Source: Candidatus Omnitrophota bacterium (GTDB taxonomy: Bacteria; Omnitrophota; Omnitrophia; Omnitrophales; Aquincolibacteriaceae). Taken from it: 64,000 nt of DNA. The position numbers and the translations under genes are program-made. The stretch covers positions 701-64,700 of the forward strand of contig CAISGE010000043.1 of NCBI GenBank assembly GCA_903884815.1, in the 5' to 3' direction. Positions 28,533-38,100 of the stretch are shown one piece after another (position 1 is the first letter of the stretch; each line of letters starts with the position of its first letter). The notes beneath the pieces are model-generated. The model had not been told where the DNA came from. It ran no database searches and saw nothing but the letters and a program-made list of their open reading frames with translations.

Positions 28533-29648
28533 ATGCATCCCACATTCCCGCAAGAGACGTTCCTTCCTCCCCGGATCCTTTTTAAAAGGGGCGGACTTTC
28601 GGATCTCGCAGACGAAGTCGCGGAATTCTCCGGACCCGGCCTGATCGTTCACGGCGTGTCGCTGGCAAAAAATGGTTTTTTGGAAAAGATCGCCCAGGAT
28701 CTCAAACTCGCGGGACTTCGCGCGGAATTCTTCTGCAGATCGAAGGGGGAACCGACCCTAGCGGAGATCCGCGCGGTGATCACGCAAGGTCGCGCCGACA
28801 AGGTCCGATGGATCGCGGGGATCGGCGGCGGGAGCGTGCTGGACCTCGCCAAGGCCGCGGCCGGACTTTACAACGCGAAGCAAGATCCCACCTATTATCA
28901 GGAGGGCGGTACCCTCGAGGAACCCGGCATCCCTTTTATCGCGGTCCCGACCACCGCCGGCAGTGGTTCCGAAGCCTCGCTCAATGCCGTGATCATCAAT
29001 TCTGAGAAGAAAATAAAGCTCTCTATCCGCCACAGGGATTTCCTCGCGCGGAAGGTGATCCTCGACCCCGATCTCCTAAAGGGTCTTCCCTTCGCCGTCA
29101 TGGCTCATTCCGGTATGGATGCTTGGGTGCAGGCGTATGAATCCTTTATTTCGAAGAACTCCTCCTGGTTCAGCGAAAATTTCGCGCTCAAGGCCATTCA
29201 ACTTATCAGCCGGCATCTGGTGCCCGCGCTGAACGCCGGCAGAGACGAAGATCTCGAAGGCCTTTTGCTCGGCAGTTTTTTATCCGGAGTGGCCTTCTCA
29301 CATTCGCGACTCGGCGTGATCCACGGCATCGCCCATCCCCTTGGCATTCTGTATGACGTCCCGCACGGGCTGATCTGTTCGCTTTGCTTCATCCCTTCGA
29401 TCAAGCTCAACCTCGACGCCATGGGCAATCAGAAATACGCCATCATGAGCCAGGCGGTCGGAATGGATCTCCTCCAAAAAATCCATGAACTCCAAAAGAC
29501 CCTCAGGATCGTCTCCCCTTTCAAGGGGAAGCCTATTCTCGATAAAGAAAAGATCATTGCGGAGACCCTCAAATCCGGTTCCACCGCCGCAAACCCCAAG
29601 ACCATCACCCGCGCGGATGTCGAATATTTGCTTCGAGAGATTTTTTAA
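28533..29648 (+). CDS. Iron-containing alcohol dehydrogenase family protein
   Basis: GGGSVLDLAK, PTTAGSGSE, HGIAHPL, PHG. Confidence 0.92.
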   Translation: MHPTFPQETFLPPRILFKRGGLSDLADEVAEFSGPGLIVHGVSLAKNGFLEKIAQDLKLAGLRAEFFCRSKGEPTLAEIRAVITQGRADKVRWIAGIGGGSVLDLAKAAAGLYNAKQDPTYYQEGGTLEEPGIPFIAVPTTAGSGSEASLNAVIINSEKKIKLSIRHRDFLARKVILDPDLLKGLPFAVMAHSGMDAWVQAYESFISKNSSWFSENFALKAIQLISRHLVPALNAGRDEDLEGLLLGSFLSGVAFSHSRLGVIHGIAHPLGILYDVPHGLICSLCFIPSIKLNLDAMGNQKYAIMSQAVGMDLLQKIHELQKTLRIVSPFKGKPILDKEKIIAETLKSGSTAANPKTITRADVEYLLREIF

Positions 29649-29662
29649 AACATCTCTCGAAG

Positions 29663-29731
29663 AGGGAAACGGCTAACGGGAAACAGGGAATGCAGCGCTT
29701 TTACGCTACCCGTTCCACGTCCGCCGATCCC
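29663..29731. repeat. Heptamer-periodic inverted repeat, GGAACGG class
   Basis: GGAAACG GCTAACG GGAAACA GGGAATG...CCGTTCC...CGATCCCC. Confidence 0.6.
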
Positions 29732-29779
29732 CTGGAAATAAAAGGCGGTCGCCTTTTTATTTTCATGCTACGATGCCCC

Positions 29780-30682
29780 ATGGATCAGAAACCTTCCTTA
29801 GGCTATTGGCTTCAATACATCCTCGTCCGCCTTTTAGCATTTCTTGCGACGGTGCTTCCCGTGGAAGCCTCGCATCAGGTCGCCTGCGCCTTCGGGACCC
29901 TGAGCTACTGGGTTCTCGGCAAACGTCGCAGAATCGCGCTTGAGAATATCGCCAACGCCCTGGGGGACTCCCTTCCGGATCGAAGAAAAAAAGAGATTGC
30001 GCGGGCCGCGTTCCAGAGCGCCGCTCTTTCCATGATGGAGCTTTTCACCGTCGAAAAGATCAAGAAAGAAGCCGCCACACGTTTTAAGCTTTACGGAAAT
30101 GAATTCCTCGAGGAAGCGTTTTCCAAAAATCAGGGCGTCGTGCTCGTGATCTCCCACCTGGGTTCCTGGGAATATCTCTCCTTCCTTCCCTTTTTCACCA
30201 AACGACCTTGGTCGGTGGTGGTGAAGAATATTAAGAATCCCTATCTCAACACGGCGATTGATGCCATGCGACGCGTCATGACCGTCAACCCGATCTCTAA
30301 AGATAGCTCCGTGCGGGCCCTCTTTCAGGAACTCCGGGCCGGCCACGGTGTTGCGATCCTGGTGGACCAATGGAGCGGCCCTGACGGGCTCTGGGTGGAT
30401 TTCTTTAACACCGGGACCTCCACCACATCGATCCCCGCGAGGCTTTCTGAAAAGACCGGCTGCGCGCTTGTCTCAGCCTACTGTCTGAGGACGACGCCGG
30501 GACATTATGAGATCCATATCGAGAAACCGATCGCCCATAACATGGAACAACCGGGCTGGGAGAATACGATCACGAAGGATCTTAATGAAGTCCTGGAGCG
30601 ACAGATCCGGACGCATCCCGAACAATGGCTGTGGGGCCATCGCCGGTGGAAAGACAAGCCCGATAATCTCCGGAATGTTTAA
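29780..30682 (+). CDS. Lipid A biosynthesis (lauroyl) acyltransferase family, LpxL/HtrB-like
   Basis: HLGSWE, ILVDQ, WVDFF, PEQWLWGHRRWK. Confidence 0.92.
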   Translation: MDQKPSLGYWLQYILVRLLAFLATVLPVEASHQVACAFGTLSYWVLGKRRRIALENIANALGDSLPDRRKKEIARAAFQSAALSMMELFTVEKIKKEAATRFKLYGNEFLEEAFSKNQGVVLVISHLGSWEYLSFLPFFTKRPWSVVVKNIKNPYLNTAIDAMRRVMTVNPISKDSSVRALFQELRAGHGVAILVDQWSGPDGLWVDFFNTGTSTTSIPARLSEKTGCALVSAYCLRTTPGHYEIHIEKPIAHNMEQPGWENTITKDLNEVLERQIRTHPEQWLWGHRRWKDKPDNLRNV

Positions 30683-30705
30683 CTAGCCCTGCGGGCTGGA
30701 TTTTG

Positions 30706-30767
30706 AGATTTGAAATTTTCCCGCCTTTGGGACGGGACCCCGCCGAAGGCGGTGGCAAATTTGGGAT
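30706..30767. repeat. Dispersed ~60-bp repeat, copy 2
   Basis: AAATTTTCCCGCCTTTGGGACGGGACCCCGCCGAAGGCGGTGGCAAA. Confidence 0.8.
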
Positions 30768-30774
30768 AAAAACA

Positions 30775-31941
30775 ATGGACATTGAACTCAAGATCGAAAA
30801 ACTGGTGTTTGGCGGCGACGGGCTGGGATTCGTCGAGGGAAAGGCGTGCTTCGTCGAAGGAGCGCTTCCGGGCGAGAAGATCCATGCCCGTATCCTCAAC
30901 GACAAATCCAACTTCATGAAAGCCAAGCTTATCCACGTGCTTGAGGCCTCCCCGCTTCGCATGGTCCCGCCCTGCCCTTATGTGGAACGCTGCGGCGGAT
31001 GCCAGTACCAGCATCTTCCCTATGCCGAAGAACTGAAATGGAAAGAACTTCAGGTCCGCGAAAGTTTCAGGCAGGCGTTCAAGGGTGAAGAGATCTCGAT
31101 TCTTCCCATTCAACACGGCAGCCGGGATTACGGCTACCGGTCGAGCATCACGATCCACCGCACGACGGAAAAAAACCATAAACCCCAGCGCCTTGGTTTT
31201 GTCGGCCATGACAACTATTCCAAGGTTATGATCGATCACTGCATGCTGGCCGACGACCGGCTCCGGGAGATCTTCACGACAGAGCACAAGCTCAACCGGC
31301 GCGAAGAACGGCGCGGCTTCAAACTGGATGAAAAGGGGCGCATCTTCACTAACGATGAGGAAAAACTTTATCGCGTGGCGATCGGCGGTCAATCCCTTTG
31401 GGTCAGCTCCATGGGATTTTTCCAGAATAATATTGAGGTCACGGAACTCATCGCCAAAAAACTCGCGGAGTATGTCGCGGTTCTAAAGCCCGCCCGTTTT
31501 CTGGATCTTTATGCCGGCGTCGGGACATTCCCGCTCCTCGCGGCTCGTGACGTTCCGGAAGTCCATTGTTTTGAGGATAGTCCTTTCAGCGTCGGATGCC
31601 TGCGGCGCAATGTCCGGGACTTAGGGATCCCTCTGGCGGGCATTTTTGCCGGAAAAGTCGAGAAGACCTTTCCGCGTTTTATGGTCCAGCATCCCAAGCC
31701 CGGAACACTGGTTTTTATGGACCCGCCGCGCACGGGGATCGCTTCCTCGCTCGCGGATTTTCTGGCCAAGGAAGACGCCGGGGAGAATATCTTTTATCTT
31801 GCCTGCGACCTGCAGATCCTCCTGCGCGACCTGAGGCTCATTCTTTCCACCGGCCGCTACAAGGTCCGCGAAGTCACGCCCTTCGACATGTTCCCCCGCA
31901 CGAAGCATATCGAGGTGCTAACGCACCTCCGCCGAACGTAA
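30775..31941 (+). CDS. 23S rRNA m5U methyltransferase, RlmD/TrmA family
   Basis: TRAM domain, CPYVERCGGCQYQH, FFQNN, DLYAGVG, DPPR, FDMFPRTKHIE. Confidence 0.93.
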   Translation: MDIELKIEKLVFGGDGLGFVEGKACFVEGALPGEKIHARILNDKSNFMKAKLIHVLEASPLRMVPPCPYVERCGGCQYQHLPYAEELKWKELQVRESFRQAFKGEEISILPIQHGSRDYGYRSSITIHRTTEKNHKPQRLGFVGHDNYSKVMIDHCMLADDRLREIFTTEHKLNRREERRGFKLDEKGRIFTNDEEKLYRVAIGGQSLWVSSMGFFQNNIEVTELIAKKLAEYVAVLKPARFLDLYAGVGTFPLLAARDVPEVHCFEDSPFSVGCLRRNVRDLGIPLAGIFAGKVEKTFPRFMVQHPKPGTLVFMDPPRTGIASSLADFLAKEDAGENIFYLACDLQILLRDLRLILSTGRYKVREVTPFDMFPRTKHIEVLTHLRRT

Positions 31942-31944
31942 ACT

Positions 31945-31993
31945 CGGGGAACGGGGAACGAATCGTTAGCCGTTCCCTGGGGATCGTTCCCCG
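31945..31993. repeat. Heptamer-periodic inverted repeat, GGAACGG class, overlapping the flavoprotein 3' end
   Basis: CGGGGAACGGGGAACG...CCGTTCCC...CGTTCCCCG. Confidence 0.7.
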
Positions 31994-33186
31994 TCGGAGC
32001 TTTTAGCTCCGGCTACCGCGCCGCTGGCCCAGGCCCAGGCAAGATTGTAGCCGCCCCGCCGTCCCTGAACATCGAGAATTTCCCCCGCGAAATAAAGACC
32101 TTTTTTAAGGCGGGATTCCAGCGTCTCCGGGTCCACATCTTCCAACCGTATCCCCCCCGCCGTGAACTCCGCTTCATTCCAACCGCGTGTCCCGATCACT
32201 TTAAATTCCTTATGCTTGAGCAGGCGGGCGATCGCCGCCGCATCGGAATCTTGCAAAGTCCCGCGAAGAAGTCCTGACATTTTATGAGGCAGCAGCCCTT
32301 CCACGAGATTCTCCCGGTGGATCCCTCTCTCCAATTTCCCGGACAGCTCTGCCACAAGCTCTTTCTCTTCCATGAACGGGACAAGGTCCACCGTCACCGT
32401 GACATTCGATATGTGATCGCGATTGACGGCAACCGAGATCTCATCGCTCACGTCGAGTACCGCCGTCCCGGAAAGTCCGTACTGTGTAAAAAGGAGTTCC
32501 CCCGTCGCTGTGCGGATCTCATTTCCCTGAATGCGACTCGTCACCGCGGCCCGGACCTTCTGCCCCTGAAGCGCATGACACCACGGATCTTTCACGATAA
32601 GAGCCACGGTGCTTGGCACCGGTTCCAGGATCTTGTGACCCAACGCCGCCGCGAGGGTGTAACCGTTGCCGTCGGCTCCGAGCGCGGGGTAGGATTTGCC
32701 GCCGGCACACAGGATCACTTTGCGTCCCGTCTCCGCTTCCCCGCTTCTTGCGCGAACTTCAAAACCATTCTTGGCAGGACGGACACTCTGGATCTCACAG
32801 CCAAGATCAAGCACCACCTTGAGCCGTTCCAGTTCCATCTCAAGGACTTTCAGCACCGACGCGGCCTGATTGGTCACCGGAAAGACGCGACCGGACTCAT
32901 CCGCGTAAACGGCAAGCCCGAGTTCTTTGAAAAATTGAAGCATAGCGTCTTTTCCAAACTGCTCTAGGACCGAACGAACCAAGGCTTGACCCGCGGGATT
33001 GTAAAAAGAGGCGTCGAGGGTTTCGTTCAAAAGGTTGCAGCGGCCGGCGCCGGTGACGAGGAGTTTCTTCCCGAGCTTCGGCATCTTTTCACAAAGGAGC
33101 ACAGACGCCCCCTGGCGCTTCGCGGTGATCGCCGCCATGATCCCGGCGGCACCTCCACCGATCACGATCACATCATACGGTGTCAT
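31966..33186 (-). CDS. BaiN/HI0933-family flavoprotein
   Basis: GGGAAG, GKKLLVTGAGRCN, GGKSYP..G..G.GY, TAGG, GEILDV.G..GGYNL..AWASG. Confidence 0.93.
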   Translation of the reverse strand: MTPYDVIVIGGGAAGIMAAITAKRQGASVLLCEKMPKLGKKLLVTGAGRCNLLNETLDASFYNPAGQALVRSVLEQFGKDAMLQFFKELGLAVYADESGRVFPVTNQAASVLKVLEMELERLKVVLDLGCEIQSVRPAKNGFEVRARSGEAETGRKVILCAGGKSYPALGADGNGYTLAAALGHKILEPVPSTVALIVKDPWCHALQGQKVRAAVTSRIQGNEIRTATGELLFTQYGLSGTAVLDVSDEISVAVNRDHISNVTVTVDLVPFMEEKELVAELSGKLERGIHRENLVEGLLPHKMSGLLRGTLQDSDAAAIARLLKHKEFKVIGTRGWNEAEFTAGGIRLEDVDPETLESRLKKGLYFAGEILDVQGRRGGYNLAWAWASGAVAGAKSSDGERSPGNG

Positions 33187-35059
33187 AGTCGCCTCCCGAG
33201 CGCAACGGTCTACGGTTAACGGTCAACGCGCCGCCTTTCCGTTGCCCGTTGTAAGTTATCCGTTGTCCGAATCTTTTCGGCTGTATCATGAGTCTCTGCG
33301 CCTCACGTTCTTTATAAGTTTTCGCGACGGGGACGGCTTCTCCCGTCAGCGGATTTTTCCCTGTGTAATACATGCAGGTTGAAACCGTCATCGGAAGCGG
33401 CATAAAATCCTGAACCTGCTCGGGATGCATGCCGTGCGCCTCCAGATACGCGGCAAGCTCGCGAGCATCGGCGTCGGTCGAACCCGGATGCGCGCTCACA
33501 AAATAATTCACGAGATACTGTTCCTTCCCGGCCTTGCGTGTCATCGTCTTGAAACGCTCCGCGAAGCGCTCGTAAACCTTGAACGGCGGTTTATTCATTT
33601 GCTTGAGCGTGGCATCCGAGGCATGTTCCGGCGCGACCTTGAGCTGCCCGCTCACATGGCTGCGGCAAAGGGCCTCGAGATAAGCATCCGATTCCTTTTC
33701 CACGAGCAGGTCATACCGGAGGCCGCTTTGGATAAACAGATGCTTCACCTTCGGGATGGCCATCACTTCTTTCCAAAGCTCCATGGATTTCTCATACCCC
33801 AGCTTCAAGCTGGGACATTTCTTCGGCATCATGCATTGCTTCGTCTTACAGGCGCCGGAGTTTTCCCACATTTCGCAGGTCGCGCCGTAGAGATTGGCGG
33901 TCGGACCGCCAATGTCGGTAATCGTCCCCTTGAAATCCTTGAGCGCCGCGAGTGTCCGCACTTCCTTCAGGATTGACTCCTTGCTTCGGCTCTGGATCAT
34001 CCGACCCTGATGCGCGTAAAGCGAGCAGAAGTTGCATTCCGCCGAGCAGCCGCGATGCGATGTGATGGAAAAGCGAACGGTTTCAAATCCGGGAACACCT
34101 CCGAGCTTAGCATAGACCGGATGCCAGGCGCGCGCGAAAGGAAGGTCATAATAATGATCGAGCTCGGGAGCCGTCAGCGGGAAAGCCGGGGGCTGCTGGA
34201 TCACATAGCGGTTGCCGTGCTTCTGGACCACGGGCTTTCCACGGATGGGGTCCGCCTCGCCGTACATAAGCCGGAAGGCCTCGTTGAATTTCTCCTTGTC
34301 GGCAGCAACTTCTTCATACGACGGGATCTGAACAGCCCCCTCGCAGCCTTCCGTGTTGCGGCGTATGACTGCCGTGCCGCGGATATTGTCGAAAAGCTGA
34401 CCGATCCCTTTTTTGTCATCCCCGAATGTTTTTATCGGGGATCCAGGTTCTGGATTCCCGCCTAAAGCCTGCGGGAATGACAGCAAAGAGCTAACAGCGG
34501 CGAGGCGCCTCGCGATCTCGAGGATCTGGGTTTCCCCCATGCCATACACAAGAATGTCGGCTTTCGCGTCCACGAGCATGGAGCGGCGGACGCTTTCTTC
34601 CCAATAATCAAAATGCGCGAGACGCCGAAGGCTCGCCTCGGGGCCTCCGAGCACCACCGGCACGCCGGGGAAAAGTCCTTTGATCTTGCTGGAATAAACA
34701 ATGGAAGCGCGGTTGGGGCGAAGACCGGAGTGACCGGCGGGCGCGAAACTGTCCACGCGGCGGGGCTTTTTGCTCGCGGTATAATTGCTGACCATGGAAT
34801 CGAGATTCCCGGCTGAGATCCCGAAAAAAAGACGGGGCCTCCCGAGTGCGAGAAAATCGTCGTTCTTGCGCCAGTCCGGCTGAGCAATGATCCCGACCTT
34901 GTAGCTGGCATCCTCAAGCACACGGCCGATCATCGCCGCGCCATAGGAGGGATGGTCCACATAGGCGTCGCCGGTGATGAGAATGATGTCACACTCACTC
35001 CACCCGCGCTCTGCCATGTCTTGCTTGGATATAGGAAGAAATCTCTTTCGATCACTCAT
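33173..35059 (-). CDS. YgiQ/UPF0313-family radical SAM protein
   Basis: GDAYVDHPS, EASLRR.AH.DYW, HRGCSAECNFC, LKVAPEH, EQVQDF.P.P. Confidence 0.95.
   Translation of the reverse strand: MSDRKRFLPISKQDMAERGWSECDIILITGDAYVDHPSYGAAMIGRVLEDASYKVGIIAQPDWRKNDDFLALGRPRLFFGISAGNLDSMVSNYTASKKPRRVDSFAPAGHSGLRPNRASIVYSSKIKGLFPGVPVVLGGPEASLRRLAHFDYWEESVRRSMLVDAKADILVYGMGETQILEIARRLAAVSSLLSFPQALGGNPEPGSPIKTFGDDKKGIGQLFDNIRGTAVIRRNTEGCEGAVQIPSYEEVAADKEKFNEAFRLMYGEADPIRGKPVVQKHGNRYVIQQPPAFPLTAPELDHYYDLPFARAWHPVYAKLGGVPGFETVRFSITSHRGCSAECNFCSLYAHQGRMIQSRSKESILKEVRTLAALKDFKGTITDIGGPTANLYGATCEMWENSGACKTKQCMMPKKCPSLKLGYEKSMELWKEVMAIPKVKHLFIQSGLRYDLLVEKESDAYLEALCRSHVSGQLKVAPEHASDATLKQMNKPPFKVYERFAERFKTMTRKAGKEQYLVNYFVSAHPGSTDADARELAAYLEAHGMHPEQVQDFMPLPMTVSTCMYYTGKNPLTGEAVPVAKTYKEREAQRLMIQPKRFGQRITYNGQRKGGALTVNRRPLRSGGDYDTV
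33202..33266. repeat. Heptamer-periodic inverted repeat, CAACGGT class, inside the YgiQ C-terminus
   Basis: CAACGGT CTACGGT TAACGGT CAACG...CCGTTGC CCGTTGT...CCGTTG. Confidence 0.75.
34414..34481. repeat. REP-like palindrome inserted in frame in YgiQ
   Basis: TGTCATCCCCGA...TCGGGGATCCAG-GTT-CTGGATTCCCGC...GCGGGAATGACA. Confidence 0.8.
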
Positions 35060-35081
35060 AGCTTAGAATTATACCTCAAAA

Positions 35082-35193
35082 CGTAAGGCGTACGGTGTAC
35101 GGAGTAATGAGTTGAGTACGGGGTACGGGGTACGGCGCAAACACCTCTCCAACAAGAACGCTAGTCCCCGTACGCGTTACTCCTTACTCCGTC
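35082..35193. repeat. Heptamer-periodic inverted repeat, GTACGGN class
   Basis: GTAAGGC GTACGGT GTACGGA...GTACGGG GTACGGG GTACGGC...CCCGTAC GCGTTAC TCCTTAC TCCGT. Confidence 0.8.
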
Positions 35194-35198
35194 CTGTG

Positions 35199-38100
35199 TT
35201 ACGCGGCGGAGGCGAGGGAGCGGGCGGCTTCGGCGAATTTCTGGAGATTCTCCGCAAGCTTGAAGATGACGCTCAGGGACTGGACCCCGTGAAGCCTGTT
35301 TTGCTCTTCGGGCTTTTGTTCAAGCAGTGTGTTGATCGCGGCGATCAAGCCGTAAGACTTCTGGGTGAGCGTCATGCCTTTATCGCTGAAAACAAAGAGC
35401 ATCCGTTTCCCTTGATTGGATATGGACACAGCAGGCTCAAGCACCCGGAGCGCCTCCCCGTTATCTTCACGGAGATCATACACCAGCGCGTTTTCGGAAT
35501 TCTGTTTCGCGAAACCCGTGATCGCGGTTTCCTCCGAAACAACCTTCACATCCACACCGCCCTGGATACCGCGCGTCTCTTGGACCTTTCTAATGAGAGC
35601 GCCATGGAACTGTTCCAGATCCGCCGGCAAAGCGCCCGGCACCACGACCTGGAACTGGAGTTTGCTCTTGGCCATGACCTCAACGAGTCTCTTGAGCACC
35701 GAATCCTCCTTCTGAGGAATAGCACCAAAGATGACCGACACCTGCTGCCGTCCCGATTCCAGCTTCGTCGGATCCGTCAAAAGCTTCTCCACGCTGACCC
35801 TCTTTTCCGAACGCGTCATCGCGTGAGCGCTTGGCATGAGCTGATCCATCGTCTTCATGAACATCTCACGCCCGATTTCAAGCACGCGCGGCGCGGCGAA
35901 AACATCCTTCGCCGCCTCATGCGCCACCCAAATCTCTGCATCGGAAAGACGATGCTCAGACCTCCTCTCCTCCCTAGAGACCGGGTTCCCGGTGGATGGC
36001 GTGGAACGACCTTCGGCGGGAGGGTGGCCGAACACCTTCACGGTGAGCCAGAGCGCGGCTTGGCTTTGATATTCGAGGGCTTTTCCTTTCTGTGGATCCA
36101 AGGCGTCTTTGAAAATATTGCTGTTAAGAAAAATCCTCTCGTAGAAATCATCCGCATCCGTGAATGGCCGCATCGCTTCGATCGGTGCGATCTCTTCAGC
36201 CATCAGTTCAAAAGAAGCGTAGCCGCCTTTATCGAACCAGATTTCGTTTGTCATCCCTCTCAAGATATTCTGCCATTTGCTGACCGCCGCCGCCAAAGCT
36301 TGGCGCCTAGAAGACTCGTCCTGTTTCGTCGCGGCGCCATCAGGAGAAGCCGGCTTTTTCACCAATTCCCCGACAAATCGCCATCCCAGTATCGTTTCGC
36401 CACTATAGGCAACATCCGGCTCTGGGATCTTGAACCCCAACGATCGCGCTGTGGCCGCAAGCCGCGATACATATTCGGGGGTCAACTTCTCCGAGACGGC
36501 AACGCGTTCCCGCAACATTTCTTCGTGGTTTTTAAAAACCATGGCTTGCAATAAAAGCAACCCTTTCAATCGATCAAGCGGAATCTCTCCATCCCCCCCT
36601 CTGGCAATAGTTATTAATGCCTGAATAGCATTCAAAAGTTGCTTGAAGAATTCCAGCGTTACATTATCCTCCGTGCCGACAAACTTCCTCACGTCGGTGA
36701 TTGCGGACTGGATCTTTCCCTCCACGACCTCAAGCCGCTGAATGATCTGTGGGCGCGTGGGAACCGGGTCCCAATCCGCGATCCGGCCCAGGCCCGCTTC
36801 ATCGAGCGGCCCTAACATTTCCAACTCGTATTTTGTCGCCTGGGTGATCGCGCTACCGGGATGATGCATGAAAAAGCAGAAGCGCCCGCCTTCCTTTAAG
36901 ATGATCGCGGCCTGCCGCAGAACGGCCGGAACATCGCCGTATTCCACCCCGTATTGGCTCATCACCAGATCTGCTGCATCCTTCGGGACCCCCGGGGCCT
37001 CGGACGCTCGCTCCATAGCGGCCTGAACGAACGTCACACCCTTGGGCTTGCTTCCGGGCGTGTTCCGGAAAGGATCCACATAATCCACCGCATGGACCTG
37101 CGCACCGGGCGTAATCGCAAGAACACCGGCTTCGGCCTTTCCGCGGCCCGAAGCCAGACCCACGACCTTGGCGTCGGAAGGCAGCTTGCGGAACAAGGGC
37201 TCCCACACCGACTTCATCAAAGCTCGTTCAAGTTCCGGCCAAACAGGGCTATGCTCCCCGCTTGGCATGACGTCATAAAGAGATTGCCAATCACGCTGAG
37301 GGTCATAAGATTTTGCCGGGACCGCCTGAGGAGGCGCAGCTTTCCGGATCAGGCGGCCCCTGAAATACAGCCCCATCACACTGCCATTCATTTTAGCCCC
37401 GCTCACGTCCTTTTCCGTAATTTGGAACCCCAAATCCCGAGCCGTAAGGACGAGCTCCCGGAGATATTCCGGGTCCATTTTTTCGGCGACCCTGACCCTC
37501 TCCTGCAAAAATCGTTCCTGGTCATCAAGAGTCGCCGGCAAGGCACCAAGAAGAAGCTTAAGATCTTCGTCCGGCCTATAATCCGGTCTACGAACGCCCG
37601 CCAGTAAAGCGTCGATGGCCCGCAGGTACTGATCGAAAAATCCGGCGGCATCATTGTCATTCCCGTCCCTGGTCCTTCTAACCGACTCCACAATGGGTTC
37701 GATCCTCTTCCGGAGGGTCTCAAGACGTTCGAGGATCTCCTCCCGGTCAGGGACCGGGGCCCAATCGGCGATCCGGGTGACGCCTGTTTCGCGGGCCTTC
37801 TTAATCGCTTCCAGATCTTCCCGCGCGGAGTTGATGATCGCGCTGTAGGGATGATGCATGAAAAAGCAAAATAGTCCGCCTTCTTTCAAGATGTCCGCGG
37901 TCTCACGGAGTACCTTTATTACATCGCCGTATTCCACGCCAAATAGGCTCATGACCAGGTCCGCGTCGTGCGGTATCCCCGCCGCTTTGGACGCCTGCTC
38001 CATATCGGCTTGAATGAACGTGACACCCTGGGGCTTGCTTTCCGGATCATCCCGGAATGGATCTATGAAATCCACCGCGTAAACCTGGGCCCCCTGGACG

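Noticed and set aside
35112-36554. 480-aa plus-strand ORF and the many other long ORFs antisense to real genes (e.g. 46131-47297, 40713-41762, 17004-17972)
   Set aside because: Shadow frames of GC-rich coding sequence; no recognisable motifs, and they overlap well-supported genes
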